From Nageia nagi (taxonomy: Eukaryota > Plantae > Pinophyta), in assembly GCA_050084985.1 (NCBI GenBank), contig JBITNC010000001.1, forward strand, positions 112,220,001 through 112,284,000: a stretch of DNA of 64,000 nucleotides, in the 5' to 3' direction. Numbering within the stretch: position 1 is the stretch's first letter; every line of letters starts with the position of its first letter. The translations under genes were made by a program, and so were the position numbers. The notes beneath the pieces are model-generated. The model was given only the letters and a program-made list of their open reading frames with translations. It searched no databases and was not told the DNA's origin. Positions 1 to 13,200 of this stretch are shown piece after piece.

Positions 1-1677
1 GAAATCTATCAAATGCATTTTAGTGGGATACTCTAAAGCACATAAGGACTATAGGTGTTATGATCAACTAAGTGGCAAGGATCAAATTAGTAGAGATGTA
101 ATTTTTGAAGAAGGGGGCCTAACCAATCAAGAAAATGGTGTTGAAGATACCAGTACTAAATTCCAACTTGATGAAGATTATGAACCTTATCACACTATTG
201 CATGTCCTCATCCTCAACCTTAATCACCATCTTTACTAGCCACTAGTTCATCACAGTAGGCACAACCCAACTAGTCTCCTGTTATTCATACTCCATGAGA
301 AAAAAATAAGTAGACAATTTATTGCTATCATCCTCTATCATTGATGTTGGATAAAGAGTTTAATTAAAGAATGACTTGATCACAAAATGGAGCTATAAAT
401 CAAGAGGTAAAAATCTCTTATGCATTAATATCTTCATTTATTGAGCCTTCTTCATATAATGAACCTCTTACCAATGAGGATTGGAAGAAAGCCATGGACG
501 ATGAAATTGAGCAAATCTAGAAGAGTGATAGCTAGAAGCTTGTACTTTCTCTCGAAGATAATAAGGTAATTAGTATCAAGTGGATTTATATATAGAAATA
601 TAATCCTAATGAAAGTATTGCAAAGCATAAAGCTCATATAGTTGCTAAAGGATATGCTCAAAAGGAAGCACCCTAGGCATTGTACACCAAGATTGATGGT
701 TACCTTCTAAAAAATAGTTATCAAAGATGCTTGACAAAAACCATATTGTACAAACAAGTTTAAGGTAGCAACTTTTTTATTTTGTGCATGTATATTGATG
801 ATATCATTTTTACTAGCACCTCTAATGCTATGATAGACCAATTTAAAGATGCTATTATCAGTCAATTTGGGATGAATGATCTTGAATAGATGAATTATTT
901 TCTTTGCATACAATTTAAGTAATCCTCTAGTGGATATTTGGTCACTTAGTCCACATATGTTGAAGATCTAGTAATCCTCCCCACATGTTGATGCAACTAT
1001 GTATTGATACTTAATAGTTAGCCTTACATATCTCACTCCTACTAAGACCAAACTTCATGTTTGCTATCAACAATGTAGCTTGATTCATATATGCACCACA
1101 TTATATGTATTGGATTATAGACAAGTGAATCATACACTATTTGAGTGGCACATGTCAATATGTGCTCTATATAAATCCTCAGACCAAGAAATTTTAAAGG
1201 CCTATAAAGATGTTTATTGGATCAGATGTCATGATGAATAGAAGAGCACATTAGGGTATAGATTCTTTTTTTATAAAATCTTTGGTCTCATGGAGCAATA
1301 AGAAGCAATCCCTATTGCACTTTCATTAACTAAAATTGAGTATCTTACTACATCTACCACTTATACGCAAGACATTTGGATTGCATATATGTTTGAAGAT
1401 TTAGGTATGGATATTGAGCTCCATAATATAGTGCACTATGATAATCTCAGCATGATTTCCATGACTAAGAACTCTATTTTTCATAGTAGGACAAAGCACA
1501 GTCATATAAACCATCACTTTATGAGAGATTTGGTTGAAGATGACTTTATCTAGTTTCATCACTATCCTACTAATGCTCAAATTACAAACATATTTATAGA
1601 GCCATTTCCTATGGATCATTTTTGCTACCTACAAAGCTAGCTTGGAGTACAAACCTTAGACATTTAGGGGATAATTA
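1..1677 (+). mobile_element. Ty1/Copia LTR-retrotransposon remnant (post-integrase region, RT, RNase H, PPT); degenerate, runs off the window start
   Basis: Hand translation gives KSIKCILVGYSKAHKDYRCYD..ISRDVIFEE (Copia post-integrase motif), EPSSYNE..WKKAMDDEI (RT start), and WSNKKQSPIALSLTKIEY plus YDNLSMISMTKNSIFHSRTKH (Copia RNase H). Many stops and frameshifts. Purine tract AGGGGATAA at ~1666-1674 followed by TG (putative 3' LTR start). Confidence 0.92.
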
Positions 1678-2799
1678 TTGGAAAACCTTCAAAGGAATAG
1701 GGTGCTCATTGGACTTTGTATATATTGCATATCTCTTTTACTTTCTTTTCTTTGTATTTTAGTTTTTTCTAATAGAGAAAATGATCTCCTTTCTTCATGG
1801 AGATTAAGGTGGCAATTGAAAATGTTAATCTCCATTCAAAGGAATAGAAAAATATAATGAAATGGAAGAATCATTTTACATGACAAAATAGAAAATTAAG
1901 AATACAAGAGCACAATCTAAGCTTTTAATTTTAATATTTATAACCTTTACATAATAGCATAATCATCATCCCATACTACTCATAGTTACTGAATAAGTAG
2001 TTCTCTATCTACCTCTTTCACAATGTAAACCTACTTCAATAACTATAGAAATATCAAAATACACAATAGAAATGTTTATTTAAATTACCAATTCTTCGCA
2101 AACATTTATCACCATAATTCTCCTAATAATCCATTAACCAAGAATAATAAAAGTATTTCTGATAAAAGGAAAAATTACATGACTAAAATGCACATTTTTT
2201 ATCTAGATCTTAAAAACTTGGTCACAAAAATGGTTTCAAAATGAGGAAATCGCTACCCATTTATACCTAGCGGTAGCAACATATTAAGAGAAACATTAGC
2301 AAGATGTAGCAAAAAGAATACTTCTATAAAACTAAAGAATATAAATACTATCACATATCTTCATTGAATACATTCCACTACATATTCTACTATAACTAAA
2401 CCAATAATTGTAATATTACATCCAAATAATTCAAACAATATTTTTCATAATATATTATTTCTTTCATGGGTCTTCTCACCAACACCTATTCAAACTCATG
2501 TTAAATACATACAACCAATTCAATTATGCATATAACTGAAAATAAAAAGTATATATTTATACAAGAAATGAAAGTTTTGCAAATGAGAATCAATATTATA
2601 TTTATTTTATATAAAACTTATATCATTTTTTATAATATTCATATTTTAAACCATCATATCCCATTTAGTTGAATGATTTAAAAATTCTAAACTTTTGAAT
2701 TAGAAATAACATCAAGTTCATGTGACATAAGTATAAGCAAACTTTAATATTAAAAACCTGTCATTAAAAACTTATTAAAAGTATTCCAAGAATATAGTT

Positions 2800-4400
2800 A
2801 AATATAATTGCAAGCAAAATTGTGATTAAATACATGCAAAAAAGGAACCATTATGAAAAATTGGAGATAAGAGGTATACCTAAACCAATAAAAACTTGGA
2901 CCACTATGGTCATGAGGTAGAAACTGGATGATATTTTTACAAAGAAATTAGAGAGAAGAATTATCAAGAATAGGGCTAGTCTTTCCATTGCAAGGGGATT
3001 TTGGATAATGTAAAGGATAAGTAGAGGAATTCTTTGATCAAATGCTTCATTGCACTAATATCATACTTAGATCATATTCATCATTGAAATAGTAAACATT
3101 GGAAAGTATCTCAATAAGTTGATATGGTTGCTTTATCTCATGAATTCTTAGTCTTTAATTTTACAAATGAATAAGACATGAACAGGTTATGAAGTTGGAC
3201 CCTTCATTTCTAGGTCAAAAGAAGCTACTTTTAAAATGTTGGCATACTACTTTCTATCTTAACAAGGATAACATTTATGGTGTTCTTTTATAGGTCAATT
3301 TATTTAATTTACAAACATATTATTTGGATATGAGTATGAATGTTAGAATCACTAATATAGTAGAATTTTTGTTTTCAATTAAAAAAAGTCAAAAGAATTG
3401 AATATAGAATGAGGAAGATATTTTTTATGTTAACATTGATATTACAAAGGAATATAGGTAAAATATCTATGTTGAAGAGGAAGATGGAGAAACTTGGGAA
3501 CAAGAAAGACTTTATGAATATATGACTATTAGTTGTAGCATATGTAGAAAAATTGATTATTATGATAAGGAATATTTGGATAATAAGGAGAAAGAGAAGA
3601 TGGAAGTCCTTGATTCATAGGAAGAGTGGAATACCCATGTGCAAAGGAATCAAGGACTCTAGAGAAAAGATTAATTTCAACCAAAGAGAGGTGGAGAAAA
3701 TTTTATAAGGTCAACCACTTATGAAACTAGGAACCTAGTTCATTCTATGAATCAAAATGAAGGTATTAAAATAACTAAAATTAGAGAGTAAGGCATTTTC
3801 CATTGGCAATTATAGATGGAAAGGAAATAATTAGCAATCAAGAAATGAAGGAAGACAAAAGTAGGAAGTTACGAAGAAGTGAAGTAGGAAATACAAAAAT
3901 AAGGAGATAGATCAAGATAGGTCATTAAGAGATGATGAAGAAATAGGAAAAGAACAATGAATAGAGGTTGATTGCAGAAGCACACCTCCTACAAGAAGAA
4001 ATTTTTATAATACAATGGGGAAGACACAAGATATATGTAAATAATGGAGAGGTTTTCAAATTATGAAGTAATAGTATAGAATATAATTGAGGATATTACC
4101 AATAAAAGATAATGCACTATATAGTACAGTAGCAGTTGTATGGTCCCATTTGGTGCTCAATGAATATTCCTAGTTAGAATATATGAGGATGTAATACCCA
4201 AAATAGGTAAAGGATCATCAAGTACCTCTAAAGGGAAGTTCTTAAAGATTTGTTATTTATATAAAGATAAATATGAACAAGGATAAGGTGGTAGAAATTA
4301 AAAACAAAGCTTAAATGGAGTATATTTTTTCTAGAGAGAATAAGATGGCCTATAAATGGATCTATTTAGATTATGAAACCTGACTACTATAAAAGGTATT
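2800..4400 (+). mobile_element. LINE ORF1 fragment, copy L1 (DUF4283-like region plus zinc knuckle, acidic tail)
   Basis: Degenerate ORF1 motifs including ERLYEYMTISCSICRK (zf-CCHC_4-like); collinear with five other copies. Confidence 0.8.
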
Positions 4401-6110
4401 CCATATCCTAACAAATCTAATAGATATCTTCATACAAATAGTAAAATAATATTATTCAACTACATCCCATACAAAATAAACCATTAAATAAGAAATGAGG
4501 CATAAGTAAATATTTTCAATAAATTCTTTACATACTCATTTAATGTATGTACATTTTAATAATAATATATTCCATATGTTAAATTATCATTATTTTATAC
4601 AAGATATTGATGTAGAAAAAATATAACAAATAAAATTAGATATTACCATAATCATTTTTCTCATTCTTTCTAAAAACTAGAATCATGTTTATAATTAAAT
4701 ATTTGATATATGAAAATAATATTTAAATAAAACTTAACCTATATGTCTTTTAATGTCTAATGTTACAATAACATATTTTAAAACATAGTATTTAAAAAGA
4801 ATAACATATATGTTACTATGGAATTTTTCAAATAACTGTATTTTATTCCTTTATAGTTGCTACCTTTTTATTATTAGATAAGTAAAATAATAAAATATTT
4901 TGTTAGCATTGTTAGTTATATGATGTATCTATCTCCAAAGCATTTTTGTCACTTTTGCATTGGAATAAACAAAAAATATATTTTATATAGCTTTTCAATG
5001 AAATGAATAATTTTTGAACCAATTGAAACTTATCATACATGTTTTATTCTTTGTATGGTATGTAGAACTAATCCATCAAACATGTATGAGCCTAGCGCTA
5101 TTTAACACAACAAACACACCAAGTTTCATAACTATTTCCAATTTTTCAAATAATAGTGTATAATTTAGAAAACTTGTTTGATGATGTTTGATCCTTTCAT
5201 GCTCCTGATTTGTGATTGTAGTTGTGGTGACATAGTATAAAAAATTAACATGTTTGGAGTATCCATACTTTTCTTGATGTTGTCCATGTAAAGAAATAAA
5301 TAATAAAAAATTTAAATCCAAAGGTTAAAAACCAAAAAAGGAATTAGAAAATTAAATCCAAAGGTTAAAAACTATTTCATGGTGTGTCTACTCTCTAATA
5401 TATTTTAAGCCATCAATTTAAAATTGAGCTTTGAAAGGTCAAAGGGGACATCTATGGCCTAATGAAATAATGAGTTTTAAAGATTTATAGTTATAGATAA
5501 AACAAATAAAAAATAATTTATTTTTAAATTTAACTTTGAATACATTTTGAATTCTTCTTTTACTTATTCTAACATTTATTTAAATAAATGTATAATTATT
5601 CACCATCTGTATGCTTCTTTTTGTATTTCTCTATTATTATTTGCCATCATCTTGTAAAATATAAAGACCTGCAAATGAATACTAATCAATATTCTATATA
5701 TTAGTAAAATTTGATGTATAAATCATTAGAATAAAATTACACATAAGATAATCACTATTATAATAGCAACAAAATATATCTAATACTTTGAAATAAAATT
5801 TATCTAATATTTTATGTTTAATTTAATTATGTTGGTAGTCCACCTTAGAAATTTTGAGAAAGCAAGTTCAAGTCTCCTACCCTAACTTAATGAGAAAAAA
5901 TATCCTATTCACTCAAGTTGAAAATAGAAATAATAAACTATACTAAAATATTCTATCCATTCTCTAATGTTGAATTAGCCTTCAAGTTAAAAATCAAGTT
6001 TCAAATTCCAATCCTCATACGAAAATAATTTACAAATAAAACAAGATATGGTTAAATTAATATAGCTTATACACCCCTATCACTTGTCATTTATAATTTA
6101 AATCATGAAT

Positions 6111-6172
6111 GCATGCCTAAATTGATTGATGTTGAGAGTTATATAATTTCATGAATAATGGTCATCCACAAG
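6111..6172 (-). pseudogene. 2-ODD exon-3 scrap, type C copy 1
   Basis: Matches 31212-31274, which encodes part of the 2-ODD C-terminus (LVDDHYP..NQFRHA). Confidence 0.55.
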
Positions 6173-7494
6173 TAAAGTATAAAAATAATATTTACACTAC
6201 ATAGAAATTTAAAATAAGAATAGAGAAATATGTAGCTAGATTCAAGAGTACTAAGATTTAATATTGCATAAGAATGATATTTGAATCACCAGGTAGGTCT
6301 ATTCTATAATACCTAATCCAACAACCTTCCTACACAACAAATCTACTCTCTTAGATTATATAATGAAGAGATTACTATTAAATTCCTGCATCATTTAATG
6401 AATAGACTTTTATGGAAGTATTTATATAGAAAATTATTTCCTATTAGCTTCTTAACAAACTTTGTAACTCCCATGATCAGTTTATAATGCAAAAAATAAC
6501 TTCAACTTCTCCTAGATTGATTTGGACAACAAACATTAACAACAACGAACTTGCATGGAAAACTGAATAAAACATAATAAAAAACTATTATAATCATACT
6601 AACTTAAGATCCTAAAATACAAAATCAAAATACTCTCTAATCCTTAGCAGTGGTGCTATGCCCAAGATTACCAATACCAAACAATATATTTCTTCTAGGT
6701 CTAAGTCAAGTTGAGCTTCTTAGGGTCAGTCTTAAGTCATGCCAACAAGTTTGAGATGCATTCATGGACCAAAACGTGTCATATCAACTATAATACGATC
6801 ATAGAGGATGCTAACATTTCTTTCCAATATCTATTGAATTATTGAGATCCTTTATTTCTTACTGATATCATTTCAAATTAAAAGATGAAAACATTTTTTA
6901 ATATTATAATACATATTTAATGAATAAGAAATTGATGTACTAGGCTAGTATGAAAATTTATACTAGAAATTATATTTTAAAATATTTAACTTTCAAAAAG
7001 GCTAAATTAGAAAAGTTTTGTATATTGAAATATCTAAATTTATTGAATCTTATTCCAATTTAAAAGTGATATTTGATATATATTAGTTTTAAATATTCCA
7101 AAGGGTATGATATTAGTTTACTTTTTGTAAACCATTTAATTAATATGATATACTTGATTTGTTCAAGATTCAAAATAAGTATCATTGATATGACATATAT
7201 TTTTGTGAAGTAGTTGGGTTGTATAGCATCCTTAGGATAATTAACCTATCCAAAGTAATGGTAGAGGTAAAAAGTAAATCTAAAATATATTAACATTTAC
7301 TAAAAATAAACCATCTATGGGATAACTATAATAAACCATGACATAGAATGTATGGTTGTACTAGAAATTGAACATAGAACACAAGTCACAATAAAATCAA
7401 TACATGTCTAACAAAACCATTGATCTAGCTCACAAAACCCTCTCACTTTCTCCTTAATATTTTGAAATCATATATTTTGATCTATCTATATAAT

Positions 7495-8101
7495 CTATAA
7501 CCCAATGTACGTATCGATCATGGAAGCCTTCTCTTTAGGATTCACATTATCCAAGAAGGAATGTCCAAATTGGTTAAAGGTAAAAGGTCTATAATGTTAT
7601 GGATAGTGGTCCTCCACCAACTAAGGATGAGCCCAAATCTCTTTCTCACCTAGAAAATGCACTCCACACACTAAATATATGTGATCCATCCAACCTTTTT
7701 AAACCATTCGATGCTCTGGGCTTCGTAACTTTTTGTTGCTTCACCCCTATACTCTCCTTCATTACTTTATATCCATAAAATTTTATATCAACATGACTAA
7801 CTTCTACCTACCCTTAATGAAATCAGCAATATTGATAACAAATGATTTCAATTGCTACTTCAAATCCAACTACTTTCCGTACTTGGACCAAATCTAGTGG
7901 CCACCCTCATTATTTATGTACATGATGGTAAAGATCTCGCTATCTATATGAGCAATGAGGGCCTCATCCTCTATCATCAGAACTATAGTGAGTAATACTT
8001 CCTCATCTTGTATGAGTTGTTAGTGATAATCATGAATTGTTGATAAGAGGGAGATAAACTTCAAGACCAACATTAGGGGAAGTTTGTAGAGAGCATGCCA
8101 T
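7495..8101 (-). pseudogene. 2-ODD (GA20ox-like) pseudogene, type A copy 1, three-exon remnant with internal deletions
   Basis: ATG at 8101: MACSLQTSPNVGLEVYLPLI. Exon 2 remnant EDEALIAHIDSEIFTIMYINNEGGH*IWSKYGK*LDLK*QLKSFVINIADFIK keeps HxD. GT..AG intron. Exon 3 reads G*SNKKLRSPEHRMV..EKEIWAHP*LVEDHYP*HYRPFTFNQF..IDTYIGL*. Not in the ORF track. Confidence 0.88.
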
Positions 8102-8225
8102 GGTAGAGGATCTTGGGTAGGGAAATGATAGAAGAGATATAAAAAATATAAAAAAGTATCACAAGAATACCACAAATGATGATTTATTAACAAATGGGTT
8201 AGCTCATTCCCTAATACACTAAGAA

Positions 8226-8234
8226 TATATATAG
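8226..8234 (-). promoter_or_regulatory. Putative TATA box (CTATATATA) of 2-ODD A1
   Basis: About 125 bp upstream of the ATG; conserved at the same spacing in A2. Confidence 0.45.
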
Positions 8235-8977
8235 ATCAGAGGAGTGAAAGATAAAAATTACCTTCCCCATATTATTGAGAAATTTATCAAATTTGAGCAC
8301 CTTACAAAGAGAAATAGTCAAAATAAACCAAATGAACAACTTCTAACATTACATTGATCAACAAATAGAAACATCTACTACTATGTGTTTCTCCTCATCT
8401 TTTTGTTCAATTTATCTCCCTATAATTCATAGGGAATCTATTAGGATGCAAAATTTTATGCACATGTCTAACACATAGTAGAATGTTCTATCTCTATATA
8501 AATCACACCGCTTAAATTATTCAATAAACCCCAAATGTCTTTAAGCATGTGTATCTTTAGAGATGTAAATTTTTATGTTGAAGTTGTCTTCTTTATTTAT
8601 CTTATAGACATGTCTAATAGATCTTAGAATATTCCATCTCCATACACACCATACCTTTTAATTGTTTAATATATCCCACTCTCTTTATAGATCTGATGTT
8701 AAGATGTTTGTTTTAAGTTTTATTTATTTTTTAATTAAAGACTGATTATTCTTTTGATAGATGTAATGACAAGATATTCGTTTTAAGTTTTACTTTTTTT
8801 TTAATTAAATTGTAATTATTTTATATGTGATTTCTTTGTATAAATTATTCTCTATGTTTATTTTAGGTTTTTAGTTAATTATTGAAGGTCATTGATGCCA
8901 TCAAAATCCATTGGGGGTGCGATCCCTACCTTATTTGCACCTACCATAAGTCAACAACATTTCAAATATCATGCATT

Positions 8978-9164
8978 TGAGGGGGAGAGATTTGAGCCTC
9001 AAGCCTCGCTTTTCTAACTAGAGAGTTTCAATAACCTACTTCCTTACTAACTCCCCTCACAACTATTGGTTGTAATTAATCATAGTATAACCAATTTTAG
9101 ATACCATGCATGTGAGGTGGAGATATTTGAACCTAGGTCCTCCCTTTTTCCAATTGAGAGATTG
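8978..9164 (-). repeat. Degenerate tRNA-like / tRNA-derived SINE heads, two in tandem (also ~33602-33783)
   Basis: Minus strand reads GAGGGGAG...GAGGCTCAAATCTC-TCCCCCTCA (acceptor-like stem, T-arm/B-box-like). The second copy has GGTTCAAAT. No clean anticodon arm. Confidence 0.4.
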
Positions 9165-10212
9165 TAATGATTTATATGTATTATTGAAAATTGGATAGTG
9201 TACATTTATCTTTTACAAGTTGGTTGTAATTTATACAAGCAAAGTGTATTGGATTAGTTGAATAATTAAAGAATTATATATCTTATTAATAGAATAAATA
9301 CAAAAATATATTAACATGTATTTGAAGTTACATGCAAATGTAAATTCTTTTTATATTCTTTTTAATCTTATGGATAATTAGGTGTTGCACTTCTTTTGTA
9401 CAATGGAAACATTGAATGGATAAATAAATAAAATAGTCAATATAACAATCATTTCATATGACAAGATTACATTTTTATTTCATTTCAGTCAATATTTTTT
9501 CCACATAAAAATTCAATTTATCAATTTACAAATAAAAGATTATACCATCCAATTCAACAATTCAATCTATTGATAAAAATAATGAAGTTTTGTTATTTTA
9601 ATATCATGTACTTTATTAATAAGTAATTAAATTAATATTAACAAAGATTTATCTAAAATATTATGAATTTTTAAAATATATATTGATGATGATCAAGATG
9701 ATATAAGTTACATGATGAGAAATATTTTATACACACAATTAATATCACCATCCAATCTAATAACTCAATTTCAACTCATAAAAATAAATAGGTGTTATCA
9801 ATTTTTTTTTATTAGCTTTAGTAATAAGCATTGAAATAAATTTTAATAAAGATTTATGTAAAACATTATGAAATTTTAAAATATATGTATCGGTGATGAT
9901 CAAAAAGATATAACTTACATAACAAGAAATAATTTTTACGTATAAAATTGATATTACCATTCAATCCAACAATTTAAATTTTCCATAAATTGAAACATGT
10001 AGTTTTTTCTTGTATATAATTCTAAACCAAAATAGTTTTGAATTCTAAAAATTTCATTTAAATAGAGCATGTTAAATATATTAAGAATGTATCATGTATA
10101 ATATTTTTGGCAAACATGAATACAATATCTTAAAGCATTTATTTGATTGGAATATTATAAGATACTTATTTTAATTATTTGATATTTATGAGCTAAGGTT
10201 GTAGGAAGATAG

Positions 10213-13200
10213 TTTTATTTATTTTATCAAAACTAGTAGGTAAATTTGATATTAATCACAAAAGAAAATCAAGTTTTGAAAGGACCTCAAACATCTTTTA
10301 CAAAAATCAATAGAGAATTAAATCTATTTTCCTCCATCATAGATAAATAGAGTGAAATAGGTCTCTATCATATATAAACCATACAACAAAAAAATATAGC
10401 ATAAGGTAATTTTCATTACATAGTAATAGTATAAGTGTTGGTCCATTAATTGATTAAAAGAGAGTAAAATGAAGCACTGTGTATAGACTATATGTATCTT
10501 CTTATTGAAAACCAACACAATTGTATCACTTGACTCCATGAAAACTAGTGCCCCTCCCATTCTCCTCTATTTTGATACTACTCTAATGGTAGGGAGGTGG
10601 TAATTACTCCACTATAAATGTATTTTTATTATGATGATCCTTCACTTTATGATGACCTTGTACTCATGGTCATCATTAATATGAAATGTGGTAAAAGATC
10701 CCTATCTTTTCATTCTTATGAATATGTACTCTCCATTGGTTATCCTTCTCATAATGTGGACATAACACCTATCAAGAAGCCCTTCTACCTTGACTCTATC
10801 ACCCTCGCCATTTTGGAATTTTTTAATCATTTGGTCTTACAAAAAAGATTTAAAGCTTGATGGTATTTCCTTATCCCCAAAGTACATCATCATATTTTCT
10901 ACTAATATAAGACTCATAATTTTGAAGAATTCTTATGCTTCATTTTCTTTATTTTCAAACACTCGACTTTTTCTTTGCTTCCATATTTGCCACCACATAT
11001 GCCCAATCAACATTGTATAGCATTTATAGTAACCTTTAGTTTTCTCCTAATGTGCCCATTATTCTATGTATTTTTTTGCATCCCTTGATAATATTCATTG
11101 TATCTTCATTTTATTACATATCATACCACAAATATTCTTTGTAAACTCATAATGCAAGAAAATGTGATCTACACTCTCTTCCCCTCTTTTTGCATAGTAC
11201 ACAAATGTTAACCATACTAAAACCTCTTCTTTGTAAATTTTTTATTATTAGTAGTCTTTTCTTAGTGAAAAGCTAAAAAAAGAAGATAATCCATTGTGTT
11301 AACTTTGCTTTCAAAATATTATTCCATATTTTGCTTCTCTTTCTTTTTCTAGACATGTTACATAGAGCTATGACTATCTCTTTAACCCTATATTTTCCAT
11401 CAGGCCTTAATTTTCATATCAATTTCCCTTCTTGACTATGGAGCTTAATATTATAATCTTTTTTCCTCTTGTAACTACTTATTTATTTTCCTATTCTACC
11501 TATAATCGATCTATAAATCTACCAAATAATATTATCCTTCTTATAGTACTTATCAATTATGCTCTCCTGATATTTGAAACCCCAATTAGCTCTTTATTTA
11601 TAATCCTTTATTTTAATTAGTTTTTCCTCCTTCAACCATGAATTTTCCCACATGTATAGTTGATCACCATTTCTTGGGTACCATATAGTAGCCTCTTGAA
11701 TCTGTGTTACCACTACTGTACCATTCCAAAAATGTTAGTCATATGGTGGATTTTGAATTCTCAATATGCAATTTTGGCCCATAATATATTGCTCCTTACA
11801 AGTGTGAACCTACTCCTTCTCCTCATTTGGAGCTATTTTCCAAATCAATTTTTCTCTCAAAGCTTGATCCACTTGCTTCATTTTCCTCAACCCCAATCCT
11901 CCTTTATCATTTTTTGTGCAAAAAAAATTCCAACTTACTAGGGTGATTTTCCTCTTTTCTGTATCTCCTAACCATAAGAACTTTTTGGAAATTTTATCTA
12001 TCTTATCACTTATAGTTATAGGCAATTTAAAATCCATTTCACTATACATAGGTATGCTTTGAAGAATAGATTTGAGGAGGACAAGTTTACGTCCATAATT
12101 AAGACAATTTTCCTTCCATCTTATGAGTTTATTTGGAATTTTTTAAACTAACATTTCCCAATATTGAGATTTGAATCTCCCAATAGCATTCCTAGATATC
12201 TGGTTGGTAACTCATCAATTTTACACCCCCATATCTTAGTAATACTCTTCTAATGGGTTTTAGAATAGTTCAAAAAGTAATTCTTAGTCTTTTGTAAATT
12301 TATTTTTTGGTGTGAAGCTTTTTCATACATATTTAGAGCCTTCCTCCTTTTATCTTTACCAACAAAGATAATATCATTCATAAATTGATGGTGAGCTATG
12401 GCCTTACACTTACGGGATGGAATAGCCCCTTTCAAAGTTTGAGTGTCCCTATACTATTTTAGTATCCTCCCTAATGCTTCAACCATTATGCTGAACAAAT
12501 AGGGGGATATTGGGTCTCCTTGTCTAAGCTTTGTTTAGGAGTTAAAATAACATGTTGCTTCACCTTTGATGATAATATGAAATATAGGTAAAGATATACA
12601 GTCTGTAATCCAATTCCCCCATGTTTCCTCAAACATAAACTTAGCTAAAACAAAATTGAAAAAAGCCCAACTTGCCTTATCATGGGTTTTTTCATATCCA
12701 ATTTTACCACCATAGTCAAAATTTTCTTATTATGAATTGAATGTAAGGGCTCATACATCTGAATAATTCCATCCATGATTGACCTCTCTTAGAAGAATCC
12801 ATCTTGCTCCAAAGATATGGTTTGAGATATTGGGGGTTTCAGCCTTTCTATTATTATTATTATTATTATTATTATTTGATAGATTACATTGCCAAGACTA
12901 ATTGGTCTGTAGTCTTTTAATTCTTTATTTCTTGTATCTTAGGGATCAATGTTAGGAATGTGTTATTATATTATTTTACCAATTTTTCCTTTTTAAATAA
13001 TTCTTTTACAACATACCGCACATCCTTCCCTATAATTTCCTAAGTTTTTTTGAAAAACAAAACTAGAAAGCCATCTAATCTAGGAGCTTTGTTAGCTTCC
13101 ACTAGCAAAATCTTCTATTTGACTTCTTCTTTTGTAGGTTGCTATTGTAGTGCTTCATTTTGTTGATCTATTATAATTTTTTATATATTTTTAATAATTT

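Noticed and set aside
10330-10800. RNase H domain at the LINE 3' end
   Set aside because: Only a faint HIMR-like remnant is visible; catalytic motifs could not be read.
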